DNA of 32,842 nucleotides from Dirinaria sp. TL-2023a. Taxonomy: Eukaryota. Numbering within the stretch: position 1 is the first letter of the stretch; each line of letters opens with the position of its first letter. Positions 31,557 through 32,842 of this stretch are shown here, piece by piece. The DNA lies in NCBI GenBank assembly GCA_051941275.1, contig JAVEBF010000078.1, forward strand, positions 1 to 32,842. The letters are read 5' to 3'. A program made the translations under genes and the position numbers. A model generated the notes under the pieces. The model saw nothing but the letters and a program-made list of their open reading frames with translations, was not told the DNA's origin and ran no database searches.

Positions 31557-31947
31557 CAGCATAGGAAAGACGTGGCTGCAAAGGTCACACTGAGACTATT
31601 ATCTAAGTGCTAGCGAAAGCGTGCCTCTGTTCAACAGTGACAATTGGAACGAAAGCTTTGACATATCGACCATGGACTATTCAAACATCCGATGTTCACT
31701 TAAAGAACAATGAATTGACCAACTAGCTTTATTGCTACTTGAAGAGTACGCCCCACGCTGCTGCACAACAGGGAGACAGAACTGGGAAATCATCCGCCAT
31801 TCTCCCAGTACAAGAAGCTATAGCATATTTTTTCACCAAGGGTAATATTGTAAACTCCTATGAATAAGCTCACAACAACTACAATTTTCGTAAGGTCCCT
31901 TAGAACGTTATCTAATTTACCCCAAGCTAGCCAGCCTGCTCCTCATC

Positions 31948-32842
31948 TTACTCAATATCATCAGGATGAAACACCAGAGACCTAACCTCAATACTCTCCC
32001 TTGGCGCTTCTCCCTCGGTACTCTGATCCACAAACGCACTATGCGGCACTCTCCTTGCGCGCCCGTCCGTCTTCGAGTCGAAGCACTTAATCAGCATGAC
32101 CTCTCCCGGCGTCTGCGCTCTCAGATAATGCCATCGATGCTTATCACTCGGCCTCACGGTATAAGTCTCTCCCACGCGATCCGGATAGATTAGCTCCACT
32201 GGCAGAAGATCCTCATCCGGCACCGAATTCGCGTCTGCGACACCGAGAGGATCCTTGCGAATAGTCTTGATAGGTCGCCAGACGTTGATGATCTGATAGC
32301 GGCCTTTGAGGAGGCGCTCTGCGTCAGCCGGGCGGTGGTGCCTGACGCGGTCAGGGCCAGCTTTGTAGGACTGGTCGATGTGTACGCGTTGAACCGGTCC
32401 ACGGAGTGGGTTTTGCACTGGAGCATTTGGGTCAATTGTACGCTTGTCGTTAGACTGCCGACGGATGGTGTGGTCGAAGATAACAATTTCCGATGCACCG
32501 GTACTAGCAAGCACTATCAGCATCTGCTACGGAAGCGCCCAATCCATAGCTGGATAAAACTCGCATGATCACTCACGCAGTCTTCAGGATGTGCTCGATC
32601 TCAGGATAATAGACGCTTTTGATGTGCTCATCATCCACAAAATCCTTTTCCTGGCTAATATGCTTGAAGATCTGAAATCCCGTCGTGTCGAGACTAAATT
32701 TGTCCTCCGAACCACGAATGTCGTGCACAACATGGTTGAGAGGCTCGGCGGGCCGCTCGTAGGTCTCGGGTTTGCCGACGTAGGATGGTTGAGGCTTGCT
32801 GCCGTCACCGGGATCTTTGTAGTAGTTGAATTGGGCTACTAC
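31948..32842 (-). CDS. AsaB/CmcJ/NvfI-family hydroxylase/desaturase-like oxidoreductase, 5' end outside the window
   Basis: Exons >32842-32577 and 32503-31948 are joined by a GTGAGT..CTGAT..TAG intron. Motifs are HDIRGSEDKFSLDTTGFQ, YYPEIEHILKTA|TGA, IFDHTIRR, RVHIDQS (HxD), IINVWRPI, DPLGVAD, LIKCFDS, VPHSAF and RESIEVR. Confidence 0.9.

Noticed and set aside
1..32842. CRISPR arrays, rRNA or tRNA genes, telomeric repeats and intact transposons
   Set aside because: I saw no spaced direct repeats, TTAGGG arrays, cloverleaf candidates, transposase or RT motifs, or long terminal repeats by eye. Covariance-model searches were not run.

Overview
Eukaryotic genomic DNA from a filamentous ascomycete. 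It has short GT-AG introns with CTRAY branch points, and a Pezizomycotina origin is inferred from the gene families. I built 12 protein-coding gene models by hand. In order they are: a 7-exon fungal NLR (SesB-like alpha/beta-hydrolase, NB-ARC, TPR; minus), a SPATA20/YyaL-like thioredoxin-domain protein (+), an aldo-keto reductase (-), a SelO/FMP40 AMPylase (+), a 751-aa Cys-motif protein of unknown function (-), the VTC subunit Vtc2/3 (-), a CoA-pyrophosphatase-like Nudix hydrolase (+), an unknown membrane protein whose first exon holds an in-frame TGA or a 30-nt intron (-), a DHCR24-like FAD oxidoreductase (-), a secreted Cys-rich/CBM-like protein (+), a methionine-permease-like transporter (+), and a 5'-truncated AsaB/CmcJ-family oxygenase (-). 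A probable decayed gene lies at about 27.0-27.8 kb. I saw no rRNA, tRNA, CRISPR array or intact transposon. The most interesting signals are the NLR, the unknown gene/Vtc/Nudix block, recurrent palindromic TACC/GGTA and TACAGTA elements in intergenic DNA, a shared CRE-like 10-mer upstream of two predicted mitochondrial redox genes, and the stop-or-tiny-intron anomaly. All family calls come from motif recognition, not database searches.
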